DNA from: Cyanophora paradoxa CCMP329
Taxonomy: Eukaryota > Plantae > Glaucophyta
Length of the DNA stretch: 64,000 nt
Assembly: GCA_004431415.1 (NCBI GenBank)
Contig: QPMI01000409.1
Coordinates: 124,001-188,000, forward strand
Reading direction: 5' to 3'
Shown one piece after another: positions 12,227 to 24,940 of the stretch. How positions within the stretch are numbered: the stretch's first letter is position 1; every line of letters starts with the position of its first letter. The notes beneath the pieces are model-generated. The model made no database searches. It was not told the origin of the DNA and was given only the letters and a program-made list of their open reading frames with translations. A program made the position numbers and the translations under genes.

Positions 12227-14433
12227 ATGGACGAGAGCGATGAGAACGACCGGCGGGTGCGTATCAGCAGCACAGACCTCGACCGCTCGCCGCGAGAAAG
12301 AGAAAACAGGAGCCCTGGCGCCGAATCCGACAGCAGCTTCGAGCGATGGCTGGCCCAGCCCGCGAAGAGCGGCAGCGACATCGAGAGCAGCCGCGATCTG
12401 GAGACGAGCAGCGAGCAGGTGGACCAGCCTCCGGCAGCTGCAGCGCGCATCCCTGCAGCGATTCGCGAGGTCGAGGAGCGCTCGGATTCGGATGGCGAGC
12501 CCGATGTGCCCCGCGTCGCGTCCGCGCCCTCCGCCGGGCCGTCTCTGACCGTTCCGCTCATCCGCACCACATCGGCGTCTCCATCAAACCCATCCCCAGC
12601 GCCCACTCCACAACCTCTCTCCGCCGCCCGCGCCTCCCCCGCCGTGCAGGCCGCTTCACCAGCAGTGCGGGCCTCCCCCGCCGCCGCCTTCCTGGCCGCG
12701 GCGTCTCCCGCGCCGGCCGCCTCCGCCTCCCCCGCCCCGCCGACTCTCGCCTCGGCCGCGTCCGCCCCCGCCAGCGCCTCGCCTTCCCTCTTCGCTGCGC
12801 GCGCGGCGTTCACGACGTCGCTGCACTCCCCATTCCACCCTGCTCCTCACTTGGCCCCTCCCGCACCCGGCCCCTCCACTTCGCCCGCCCCTGGCCCCGC
12901 CGCCACCACGACCGCCTCCCCCGCGCCTCCCCTGCAGCGCACCACCGTACCCCTCCGCGTCCTTCCCCCTTCCCCCACGTTCCCCGTCTCGGCGGCGCAG
13001 GCGGCGATTGCGGCGGGCCCGCCCACGGCTTTTCCTTTCCGCGTCGTGACTCCCGCCGGCTCGCACGCCCCATCCCCCGCGCCGCCCGCCCCCTCCCCCG
13101 CGCCGTCGGCCCCCGCCCCCTCCGTCCACCCCCATTCCCACTCTGGCACCCCCATCCAGACAGCGGCGCCGGTCCCCGCGACGGCGGTGGCCGCGGGAAG
13201 CGTGCGGCCGCTCTTTCCCGGGCACCGCGTGGCGCTCGTGGCCGGCTCCACCGGCCGCACCGTCGAGACGCGCTCCGCCCGCCCGCGCCGCCCCGGGCCC
13301 GCCCCCGCCCCCGGCGCTCCGCCCCCCGCCCCTGTCCGGGCCTTCCACATCGACCTGCCCGAGCGCCCGCCAGCCCCGCCCGCCGCCCCGGCCGTCGAGC
13401 CCCGCATCCGCAGCCCCGCCGGCCCCGTCCGCACCCCGGCGCCCGCCCCCGCACTCCCCGTCGAGCGCATCCGTGTCCCCGTGACGAGCCCCCTGGACGC
13501 CGCGGCCGGCCCGGGCCCCCCGGAGCCCGAGGCGGGGGGCGCCATCGAGGATCTCGTCCTGCGCCTCGCCCTCGCCGCCGCACTCGAGGACCTGTACCCC
13601 CCTGGAACCACTTGCGTCCTCGCGCCGCCCTCGCGCCCCGCCGCGCCCCGCTTCCGCCCGGTGCGCCGCCGCCCTCCCTCTCCCTCTCCCGTCCCATCGG
13701 CCTTCAAGCCGAACCCCTGCCCCCACAGCGTGCGCCGGTGACCAGCATGGCCCTGAATTACGGCGCGCCCATCGTGAAGCCCTCTGTGCACCCCCTTCGC
13801 CCCCGCCGCGTCCCTCGGCCGCTGCAGTAACGCGCGGGCGCGGGGTACGCAGGCGGCGGACCTGGAGCGGCCCTCGCTGGGGCTCCACGGGCGCCTCCCC
13901 ACCGCGCCGGCCGACTCCGACTTCCTCGTCGTGCCCCGCGCCCCCGTCGTCCACACGTCCGCCTCTTTCCTCTCCTTTCCTTCCTTTCGGCGTGCCCCGC
14001 AGCCTTTCCTTGTTTCTGATTCCGCCCCGCTACAGGCCCTCGCAGCAGCCGACGCCCTTCAGGCGCCTCCTTCCCGGGCCGCCCGCCGCCGCCGCCGCCT
14101 GACGCCGCCGCCCCCCCGCAGCGTGCCCCGCCCGACGGTGGACCGCGGCGACCTCGCCGACCGCTACAGCCGCCTCCTGGGGGGTACGTCCCGGAGCTGA
14201 CCTCCCGGCTCTGCCTGCGGTCTGATCCGACCTCGGCAGGCCCCGACGGGCTCGCGGAGCCGCTGGAGGCGTTCATATACGAGCAGCGGCGCGTGCTCCT
14301 CGCCTCGCGCGCGCCCGGCGAGGCCCCCGCCCCGCCCGCCGCCCTCGACGCCGCGCTCCGGGACACGGTTCGCCGAACTGAGCCTGCACCAGGCCGGCAC
14401 CTTCGCACCCCCTTATTCTGGGGCAGGTCTCTG
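12227..14433 (+). CDS. Pro/Ala/Ser-rich hypothetical protein
   Basis: 504-codon ORF with an acidic N-terminus (MDESDENDRR...) and probable downstream exons (LEAFIYEQRRVLL). The 3' end is uncertain. Confidence 0.55.
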
Positions 14434-14996
14434 AGGTGCTGAGGACGCGGGAGGTTTCGGGGCTCATCTGTGCAGCAGCAGCCCGCCGCCTCCCCGCCCG
14501 CCCCTGACCGGTGCACGAGATTTCCCATGCGCTCCGCCCCTTCTCTTTTCATTTTCTATTGCTTCTTCGAGCATGCGCGGACTGCCGCGCGGCGGGCCGC
14601 CCGTGCCCGCCGCGCCCTTTCGCCCGCCCCGCGCGGGCCGCATGCGAGAGCAACGCGGGCCTCTCTGGCGGGCGGGGGTGCCCCTGCCCCGCGCCGCTCG
14701 TTCCACGCCCCCATATTCGACCCTCGGCCCCGTAGCTCTAGCTAGCGCTAGCAAAATCAGTTCAACCGTAACCTGAGCGAATCTGCATAGCACGGCCTTC
14801 TCTTAGCTGACGTACACGCCTTCCCGCAGCTGCAGGGCGCCGTATCTCCATCCTGGAGCCCGCTGCATGCCGCAGTCCGGCCGCGCGCTGCGGCGCGCCG
14901 TCCTCCTCCACCATCCCTTGAGCTTCGCCTACCAATTGCACTGTACATGTTACGTGAATTGCAATCGCGTGCAGCGGTCCGAGCGAGTAGGTGTGG

Positions 14997-16994
14997 CTAG
15001 CGGGCGCCCTCGACGGGGGCGGGCCCCGGGTCGGAGAGGCGCAGGCGGGCGGCGAAGCGGTCGAGCTCCCAGCGCAGCTCCTCGTGCCCGTACGAGGGCG
15101 GCCCGCCCAGCGACGCCCCCAGCGCGTCCAGCGAGGCCTGCAGCGGGGGCCGCCCCGGTCCCCGCGGCGGCCGCCGGGCCCGCCGCCGCGGCGCCTCCTC
15201 CTCCTCCTCCTCGTCGGTGCCGGAGCCCTCCCCGGCGCTCCCGCCGGGATCCCCGAAGAGTGCCCAGGCCGCCCGCGGGGGCCTCCGCCCCGCCCCTGCA
15301 GCCCGCCCCTTCCCTCCCCGCTTGATGGGCGACCCAGAGGCGGTCGGCTCTGGCGGCGGCGGCGGGGGCGGTGGTGGCGGCGTGGGCGGCTCCTGCTCGG
15401 TCTGAGCGCTCCAAACGGAAAAAGAGACTGAAGGCGAACGTTGCACGCACTTCGGCGCGGCTCTCCTGCCGGCGGACGGCGCGCATGACCGTCGAGAGCT
15501 CCTCCTTCGAGCGCTCCAGCGCATCTGGGCGCGCGACGCTGAGCCAAGGAAGCAAAGAAGAGGTAGCGGGGGTACCGCGTGTCTCGAGGAGGGCGCGGCG
15601 GGCGTCGACCATCTCGCGCTCGTGCGCGTCCAGCCGCTCGTCCTTCGCCTGCGCAGCGGGGCGCCCCGTGAGAGGCGGGGGTGGGACGGGGGCCGGCGAG
15701 TGGGTGCAAGGCGCACCCGAACCATGTTGAGCATGGCCGTCTGAAGGAGGGGACGGGACAGGTCAGGTGGGGGAGGGGGGAGGGGTTGTTTCTGGGGGCG
15801 CGCGCACCAGCTCGCCCTCCTTGGATCGGAGCAGCGCGTCCTACAGGGGGCGAGGCCGAGGGTCAAGCGGGGCGGGAGCGAGCGGGGCGCAGGAAAGGAG
15901 GAGGCGGCCCGCGTGCCTTGGCGCGGATCTCGTTGCGGGCCTCTTCCAGCTGCGGTCGGGGCGTCAGAAGGGCGAGAGTGCGCCTGGGGGCGCTGGCGCC
16001 CAGCGCTCCGCTCTTGTTTAGGCTTTTAGTTTATGCGAATGCTCCAGAGGGGAGAGCGCGCCTGGGCGACGATCGCGAGGCGGCGGGCGTCGGCCGAGTC
16101 GGCGGCGCGGCGGGCGTCCCGCAGCTCGCCCTCCCGCCGCGCCACCGCCGCCTCCCGCGCCTCCACCAGCGCCAGCGCCGCCTTCGACGGGGTGAGGCGA
16201 GAGCGGGTGGGATGGTTTGAGGGGGGCGGGCCTGGAGGGCGCCCTCCTTGGCCTCGAGCTGCCGCCTGCCGGCCTCCGTCGCCTCCGCGTGCAGCTCCTT
16301 CTGCACCCGCTGCGCCGCCCCACCGCATCAGGGCGCCCGTGGTACTGGGCGTGACTGGGCTGTGCGAGGGGCGCGCCTGGGCGGCGACGAGGTCCCGCTC
16401 GGCGGCCTCGAGGCGGGCGGCGAGGGCGAGCCGCTCCGAGGCCCCCGCCGCCAGCTTCTTCTGCAGGTCTGGCGGAGAGGCGTCAGAGGAAGATCCCGGG
16501 GCGGGGCGAGCGACGAGGCGGACCCTGGACCTGGAGGCGCAGCTCCTCGGCGGCGGCGGCCTCGGCGGGGCGGCGGGCGAGGGGCCCGCCGCGCGCCTGC
16601 AGGTCCAGGGCCGCCTGGAGGCTCCCGACGCGCCCCTGCAGGTGCTGCACCTCGCCCCGCAGCTCCGCCACCAGGCCCCTCGCCCGCGCCAGCTGCCGCC
16701 GCGTAGAATTTGTGCAAAGGGGTGGGGCGCAGGAAGAGGGCGGCGCACCTGCTCGCCGCGCTCGGCGGCGACGGCCTCGACGGCGGCCACCTGCGCCGCC
16801 GCGTCCCCCTTCGCCCGCTCCTGCGCGCGGAGTCGAGAGGGAGCTCGGGCTCGGGGAGGGCGGGGCGCACGGCGTCGGCCTCGGCGGTGCGGAGGGCGGC
16901 GCGGGCGACGATCGCCGCGTGCCGGAACTCCTCCAGCTCCGCCCGCTGCGCCGCCCCGGGGGTCAGAAAGCCAGCGGGGGCCCGCCGTTCATCT

Positions 16995-17026
<32 letters not shown>

Positions 17027-20000
17027 GGCGGGGGGCGCACGAGGTCGTCCGTCGAGCGCGCCGCGGCCCGGAGCCGCGCCGCCTCCGCTGCGGGGGCCGT
17101 AAGCCCACGCACAGAGAGCGCAGCGACCTCGGAGCTCGGCCGGGCGCACCGCGGGCCTCATCCGAGGCGCGCGTGAGGGCCTCCCGCTCGGCGGCGGCCG
17201 CGGCGGTCGCCTCCTGCAGCGTCTCGACCTGCGGGGCGGGGCTCGGGGCGGCCCGGGGCTGCCTGGCTCCGATCCCAGCCCCTTCGTTCGCGGACCTGGG
17301 CAACGAGCTCGTCGACGCGACGCCAGAGGCCCCGCAGCTCCTGCTGGTGCGTCGCCTCCGCCTCCGCCGCCCCCCGCCGCGCACCCGCCAGCTCCTCCTG
17401 CGCCGCCTCCGCCCGCCGCTGCGCCCTGCGACGACGAGGGTGGAAGGGGGGAGAAGAGAGGGAGGAGGGGGGCAGACCGCTCGGCCTCGGCGCTGGCGCG
17501 GATGCGGGCGCGCTCGGCCTCCGTCAGCTCCTCCTCCGCCTTCGCCCGCGCCGCCTCCGCCGCCCGCGCCGCCCCCTCCGCCTCCTCCCGCCCCGCCCGC
17601 TCCCCGCGCGCCTCCTCCTCCGCCGCCTGCCGATCCGACTCATTCTCAATCACGCTCACTTTCGGCCGCGGCCTCGCGCCCGCACCAGGAGGCGCTGGGC
17701 GGCGTCGTCCAGAGCCGCCCCCTTGCTCTCCGCCAGCTCCCGCACCCGCCCCTCCGTCTGTGCGCCCCCCTTCAGCGAGGCGCGGACGCACAGGGCCGGA
17801 CAACGGGGGTACAGGCGGACTCGCTGGAGGTCGGCGCGGGTCGAGGCGAGGGCGCGCTCCAGGCGCGTCCGCTCCGCCTTCTCCTGCGGTGACGGGCGCG
17901 CCTCAGAAGAGAGAAAAGCGCAGGAGAGGAGGGGGGACGGACGGCGTCGAGCTGGGCCTGGAGGCCGCGGAGCTCGCCCTCCTTCCCGAGGCGCTCCCGC
18001 AGGGCGTGCGCCTCCCCCTCCGCCTCCTCCCGCGCCTGCCGCCCGCTGGGCCGGGGAGCGCAGGCGGGGGGCGAGGTGAGGGGCGCACGGCGGTGAGCTC
18101 CGCCTCGCGCTGCTCGAGGTTCAGGCGCATGGCCTCGGCGGCCTCCCGGAAGGCGTCCCGCTCCCGCTCCGCCCGCGCCTGGGCAGAGGCGAAGTCAAGC
18201 AAGGGGGGCGGGAGGGTGAGAGAGGGAGGAGAGGGGCGGGCCACGGCCTCGCGGAGGGCCTCGCGCTCGCGCTCGAGGGCGAGAGAGCGACGGCGGAGGC
18301 CGTCGGCCTCGTCCCCCAGGTTCTCCAGCTGCTCGATGGACGCCCGGTCCTCGATCACCGCCTGCACCGACGCGTCCCGCACCTCCCGCGGCCGCCCCCC
18401 GGCCCCGCCCGCCCCGGGCTCCGCGGCGAGGCGCGGGTCGCCGTGGAAGGAGTCGGAGCGGAGGGCGCGGGCGTGGGCGGCGGCGGCGAGGGAGGGCGAG
18501 GCGCGCTTGCGGAGGCCCAGCGTCGGCGACTCGAGGTCCTCGTCGCCGCGGAGGGAGGCGAGGGAGCCGACCGAGCTGTGCCGCCCGTGCCGCGCCGGCG
18601 TCCCCGCCGCCTCCGAGGGCGTCCGCGGCATGCTCTCCGGCCGCCGCTCGAAGCTCTCCCCCCGCAGCGCGTTCAGCGGCGCCCGCTGCTGCTGCTGCTG
18701 CTGCTGCTGCTGCGACGCCGACCCGGGCTGCTGCGAGGGCGCCCCGTGCGCCGGCGACGTCGCCTCGGGCGAGGCCGGCCGCGCCGGCTGCTTCGGCGCC
18801 GGCGCCGCCTCCTCCTCCTCCTCCTCCTCCTCCTCTCTCTCGCCATCGTCGGCGGCCTCCTCGTCGGCGCCTTCGTCGGGGGAGTCCCACTCGGACCCCT
18901 CCTCCCTCTCGGGAGAGCCCTTGCCCGCCTTGGCCGCTCCAGGGGGCGCCGGCTCGGCTTTCTGCGCCGCTGATGGCACCGGCTGCTGCCGAGGGAATCA
19001 ACGCGGACAAGTATCGCAGGGCGTCGCATAGCGAAGCGGGGCGGCATAATCTCAGGACGCACGGAGGGGCGCTGGGGCTCCGGGGGCGGCCGCGCGGGAG
19101 CGGCCGGCGACGCGGCGCCCTCGTCCCAGTCGGACGAGAGCTCCAGCGGGTCGAGAGGCCCGGATTTCGGCCTGGGCGCCTGCTGGCTCCGCCCCGACTG
19201 CGGCTTCTGCTGCGAAGGCCCCGACTGTGGCTTGGCGGGTGGAGGCGAGGGCTCCTCCTCGGGGACCGGCTGCCGGGCGTCGGGTCAGAGGGAAGGCGAG
19301 GCCTGCAGGGGCGCGGGCGGGCGGACCGAGTGCCGGCTGCGGGGCTTCGTCGTCGCCGCCGCGGCCGTGGACGCGTCGTCGTCCCAGTCCGAAGAGAGCT
19401 CGAGGGGGTCCAGGGCCCCCGACTTGGGCTTCACCGCCTGCTTGGGAGCCGCCGCCTGCGGCTTGGCGGGCGGGGGTGACGGCTCCTCTTCCGGCACGGG
19501 CTGCGGGCGCGCCTCAGGGCCCTCGCGGAAGCCCTCGAAGGGGGCGTGCGGACCGAGGGCCGGGGGCGGGGTTTCGTCGCAGGAGAAGCGCCCTCGTCCC
19601 AGTCGGAGGAGAGCTCGAGGGGGTCCAGGGGCCCCGACTTCGGCTTGGGCGCCTGCAGCTGCTGCTTGGGCGCGGCGGCCTGCGGCTTCGCGAACGGCGG
19701 CGACGGCTCCTCCTCCGGCACGGGCTGCGCGGCCGACGATCAGCGCGCGCACTGGGGTCGAAGAGAGGCAGGGGCGGACGGATGGCCGGGCGCGCTGCCT
19801 CGCCGGCGTGGGCCCCTCTTCGTCCCAGTCCGACGAGAGCTCCAGGGGATCGTTCACCCCGCGGGGGGCCGGCGGGGCCAGGCCGCCCCCCGGACGCGCT
19901 GCGGCGGCAGCGGCCGCGGGGAGACGCGGCGCGGAGGCTGCGGGGGAGAGGGGCCCCTTGGGGGTGGGCGCGGCGCTCCCGCCGAAGTCGCTCCCGAGCT

Positions 20001-22308
20001 CCTCGATGACCTCGGCCGAGCCGGCGGAGCCGCGGCGGCCCCCCGCCCGGCTCCCCTCCTCCTCCGAGTCCGAGAAGAGCACCGGCGGCAGGCCCCCGGG
20101 CGCTGCGGCGGCCTTGGACGCCGCCTGCGGCCCCGCCGCCCGTCCCGAGGCCGGCGGGGGAGAGGCGCGGGGCCCCGAAGCGGGCCTCGCGGGGGCGGGC
20201 GCCGGCTCCTCCTCCTCTTCCTCCTCGTCGTCGAAGACGGGCAGGGGTACCCGCGGCTTCCCCGGGGGCGGCCTCGCCGGCGCCGCGGGTGCCTCCTCCT
20301 CCTCCTCCGCCGCCTCCTCGGGTTGCCGGCGGCCGGCGGGAGGGCGCGCCGGGGGAGCGCGGGGGCGCTCCTCCTCGTCGCCGCTGGCCTCGCCGCCGTC
20401 CTCCTCCCCGCTCGAGAAGCCCAGCATGGCCGCCATCGAGGCCGCTCCGCTCCGCCCCGCCGGAGCCGGCTTCGGCGCCGCCGCAGGGGCCGCCGCGGGG
20501 CTCGGCGCCCTCGCCGCCGGAACGGGGCTGGCGCCTTCGGCGGTGCTGGGACAGGCGAGGGTCCCGCTTGGCGGGGGCCGGGGCCGGGGCCGGGGCCCGG
20601 GCGGGCGCCGCGGCGGGGGCGTCCCGGGCGGAGTCTTGCCCCTCGGAATCGCGGGGCGAAGACTCAGGCGAGCGGTTCCGCGCCCGCGGGGGTGGCAGCA
20701 GCAGATCCCCGTCGGTCGGAGGCGGCGGCGGCATCGGCGGGCGACGCCTGCGCGGCGGCATGGGCGCCGGGGCGCGGCGAACGCCCTCAGCACCCCTCCC
20801 GTACCTTTGGGATCCCTCGCTCTCGTCGCTCTCGCTGGCCGGCGCGGCGACTCGCGTACCCAGCAGCTCCACCTGGCCCGCCTGCGCTTGCGCCTGCGCC
20901 TGCGGCTGCGGCTGCGCCTCGGGCGCAGGGACCGGCTTGTCCTGCGCGAAGCATCGGGGAGGGGCGAAGAGGGGGTAGCGGGGGCGGGCGCGCGTCGAAG
21001 ACGGAGGGGGCGAGCCGGACGAGGGCCTCCAGGGCGGGCACGACGAGCGTCTCGTACGCCGCCTCGTACGCCGCCCCGGCCTCCGCCGGCCTGCGCCCCG
21101 CCCCGCCCGATCAGCCTAGCTTTGGCAAGGGCCCGGCTCGCCCCAAACGACTCGCCTCAGCAACAGGTGCGCCCAGACGACTGCGAGGTCCCGCGGGCCC
21201 ATGCGGTTGCGCGCCTGCCGCTGTGCGCTACAAAGTCAGCGGGGCGGGAAAAGGCAAGGAGGGAGAGGGGACGGGGATGCCTGCGCGAGGCCGTGGAAAA
21301 ACAGGAAGAGGGTGCGGGCGAGGGCAGAGTGCGCGGGGGGCAGCTTCTTCGCCACTTCGCCCAGCGCCCGCGCCCGCGCCGCCTCGTCCGGCTGCCCTGC
21401 GCGCCGCGTTGGCGACAGTTCTCGATCACAGCGGCCAGAGCCGCCGCCGCCTCCGAGCTCACGGGCGGCAGCGATGAAGCTCTCGAACAGGCGGGTCGTC
21501 AGCAGCGGCTCGGGCAGCTCCCGGAAGAACCTGGGGGCGCTCGACCTTTAGAATCGGCGGAACGTGTGCAGCGAAGGCTCGGCACCGCTTAAGGAGGCCG
21601 GCGACGGCGTGGGGCGAAGGCTCCTGCTCGAACGACAGAAAGTCGGGCGCCCAGCCCTGCGAGCGCATCAGCGGGAGCGCTGTTACTGCGAAGCGAGGGG
21701 AAGCGCACCGTCTCAGCGAACTCCTCGTCGCACATCTCGCGCAGCGCCTGCATCTGCGCCGGCGGCCCCGCCACGCGGAAGATTCCCTCCACGTCTGCCG
21801 CGACTTCGGCGATGAACTCCAGGCACGAGCCGACAACCGACGGTATCGCTCGCTGGGACTCCTCCGCGAGGACCTCCAGCGGCATGCCGAACTCACTCAC
21901 ATCCTCTGGCGGAGGCGCCTGCGGCTTCGCAGGCGTGGGCTGGACGCCGGCCCCCGGGGTCCTCGGCTGAGCCTGCGCCTGAGGCTGAGGCGTGCGCTGC
22001 GCTTGGGCTGAGCTCGCGCCTGAGGCCGGGGTCCTCGGCTGCGGCTGAGCTTGCGCCTGGGGCTGAGCCTGCGGCGTTCGCTGAGCTTGCGCCTGCGGGG
22101 GGCCCTGAGCCTGCGGTGTCTGCGGGGCCTTTTGCGCAGCTGCTGCCGCTGCGGCCGCCGCGCGCTGCTGCAGCGTAGGCGCTGCCGGCGTGCTAGCCGC
22201 ACTCGGCGCGGCTGCCGGCGCGCTCGCAGCGGACGGACTGGGCGTTCGCTGCGCTTCCTTCTTCTTGTCTTTGTCCTTGTCCTTCCCGAAGATCTTGAGG
22301 AAACCCAT
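14997..22308 (-). CDS. Large RhoGAP-domain protein with acidic repeats and a long C-terminal coiled coil
   Basis: FGMPLEVL..IPSVVGSCLEFI..EGIFRVAG (Arg finger)..HAVAGLLK..FFRELPEPLLT. Phase-0 exons link it to the coiled-coil exons down to a stop at 14997. The single-gene model is inferred. Confidence 0.8.
19063..19860 (-). repeat. Four exon-borne repeats containing DPLELSSDWD
   Basis: Motif seen near 19825, 19600, 19385 and 19125. Exons 19724-19554, 19500-19327 and 19269-19063 each start PVPEEEPSPP. Confidence 0.9.
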
Positions 22309-22546
22309 ATTTCTCTTCCCGCGTCCCCGAACGTTGCGCTCAAATTGATCGGAATCGGCAAGCGTGCTGAACGTAGCGCGTGCTATTGCAGCTTCCGCTG
22401 TAGCTGATGGTGCGTCCGCCGCATGCGTCCGCGGCCTCGAGCGCTGCAAATGCTGGAATGCCCCCACCGGGTGTTGAACCTGTGCCGGCGTCGACGAGAA
22501 GCGGTGCCACAGCGGCTTTCAGGCTCTTCAGGCTTTCAGTGGCATC

Positions 22547-23548
22547 ATGAAGGTCCGCGCGTGCTTCTGGCTCGGTCGGGCTGCCTCGCGACCCTCCCCG
22601 CTTCATCCGACGCGCGCGCCGCCGTCTGCAGGTGCTGGCGCTGGTCATGCTCCGGGTAGAGACAGGCAAAGAGCCTTTAATTCTTGCCTCGGCATATGAC
22701 CTCTCTTCGTTCAGCTACTTCCAACGGGGCGGGTTCGTCTCCTTGCCTGACGCCGCAGCGGCCCTTCCCCACAGGCCCTCGCACGACCTTTCTTCTTCCA
22801 TGGACGGCAATCACTCACTTCTCCGCGTCGGTGCAGCGCAAAGGAGATGATGGTCTTCATGACACGCACATTCTCGGCGCGCACGCCAGCCGGCGAGCGG
22901 CAGAGCACACAGCACAATGGTGCGCTTCTCGACAGCTTGCGACTCCGCATGATCCGCCGCGCGGTCCGCCGCATGCCGCTAACCTGCCGGAGCAGAGCAC
23001 TACGGGCACGTCTACAGGCGCTCGGACGGGCTCACGGGCGTTGCGATCACGGATCTCGAATACACCCCGCGCGTCGCGTTCAGCTTGCTCAACAAGTGCA
23101 TGGACGAGTTCGCTGTGAAGTATCCGAACTTCGCTGAGGTACTCCGGCCTTCGGTTTCTTTTTCTTGTGTTGTAGCATTCTTGTTTGCGTTTTTCCCGAA
23201 CCAACGAAAGTCTTCGTGCTCTCTTCAGGGTCCGGCCACGGACGACAGCATGCCTTTCCCGCCCCTAGAAGAGTACCTGCAGAAGTACCAGAACCCCGTG
23301 GAGGCAGACAAGCTGGCGAAGATCCAGAAGGACCTCGACGAAACTAAGATTGTCTTGGTCCGCAAGCTTTCTTCCGCACCTGCGGAGCCTTGCTCTGACT
23401 CTCTTTGCAGCACAAGACTATTGAGGATCTGTTGGAGCGTGGGATGAAGTTGGAGGATTTGGTGGAGAAATCTCAGGATCTTAGCGTGCAGTCCAAGATG
23501 TTCTACAAGACTGCCAAGAAGCAGAACCAGTGCTGCATTTTGATGTAA
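22547..23548 (+). CDS. YKT6: Longin R-SNARE Ykt6
   Basis: [71 protein letters not shown] (prenylation motif). Confidence 0.96.
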
Positions 23549-23643
23549 CCTCTGTACATCCAAATCAATGCAGAATACTGGGACGTCTTAGCTGGGGAGC
23601 GATCCAACGGGGAGCGGAGGGCTTCCTTCTTCTTGTCTTTGTC

Positions 23644-24419
23644 CTAGCAACGAAAACACTTTATCATGATCCATGCATGCATGTGCTCGCCGGGCGCCGG
23701 CAAAAGCCGGTGGCGCCGGCGCCACGTGCATGCAGATGCAGACGAAAGGAATTGCAAGTGCTGCGCATGCAACCAGCCCGGCCTGGCAGCGTCGGAAGTG
23801 GTGTTATAGATCTGTTCAAATAGAGCACACACTCGCATTACATCCCAGTTTGAAAGCCAAGAAGGGGAAAAGAGTGCTTCTCTCGACCCGCAAAACTCCT
23901 TGAAGTGCTGTACAAGAGTTCGCAAAACGAGTATACGTATCTCTACAAGATCATTGTCCTGAAAAAGTGACGCTAAAAAGAAATCCAGAAGCTAATTTGA
24001 AACTATTATGCGAGAACGCACACTTACACCTAACAAACTACCAATTCGGCTGTTGATGACCTCCACTGAGGCACATTTAAAGCCACTCTGCATTTCAGGG
24101 CACATGAGGCGAAGAGGAAAAGAGCTGCGAGGAAAGAGGCGGACCTTCGATCTCGAAGTCCGAGGAGCGAGAGTTCTTCTTCTGAGCGGGATGCTTCATC
24201 GACGATGACCCCTTGTGCTGATTGCCGTTCGCCTTGGCGAGCATGTTCTTCACTGCAAACCAAGTCAGATCCCGCAGGTCGCTGGCATTGGAAGGGAAAG
24301 TGCATGTGCTCACTCGCATCAAGATGCAGAACGCTCTCGAACGGGTGGTGGTGCGCCTGCTGCATCGGGTGGTGGTTGCGGTCCTGGGCGCCAGCGAAGA
24401 GCTCCTGATTGTTCGGCAT
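23644..24419 (-). CDS. Putative small spliced orphan protein
   Basis: ATG near 24419 (MPNNQELF...), a locally typical intron gtccgc...ctgaaatgcag and a later exon DNDLVEIRILVLRTLVQHFKEFC. No recognised homology. Confidence 0.3.
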
Positions 24420-24940
24420 TCTTGCGCGATCGCTGCGCGTACGGCCGGTCAATAATGTCGGTCGAGTGACGTACTTCCTGTTGGCAGACGGGGAGGAGCG
24501 CCTACCGAGGAGGCGAGATTCGAAAAGGTGACGGGATCGGCTGAGACGGAAGGGACGCCGGCAGGAAACACTAAAAAACACAAGACAACGATATCGATGT
24601 CAGAACTCCGCCTGAGACGCGGGGGCCGGGGCGGGGAGGGCGCCGGGGAGGAGACGTACACAAGGCAATCTTGTGGACTCTGTGGACGGGTATGTTGTTT
24701 CCTTGACGGGGGGGAGATAGTGGCGATTCGGCCTCTCGAACAGACACAACGAGCGGGGTAAGGCGATTGTGCTTCGAAGACGCGCTCTGTTTCGAATTCG
24801 GCCCTGCGGGCCTGCGCATGCGCATGCGCACAATCGCGATTCGCGAGCTTGCAATAACCGGCAGCAGTCGCTGAGCGCCAGCGCGCTGCTTTCGTGCTCC
24901 CGAGTCCCGCCTCGCATCCAGCACCGCCGTCCTGCGCGCC

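Noticed and set aside
16996-17024. Long poly-G/poly-C runs (also about 26830-26870 and 38418-38457) as special elements
   Set aside because: They are non-coding low-complexity tracts typical of this window and their lengths are unreliable.
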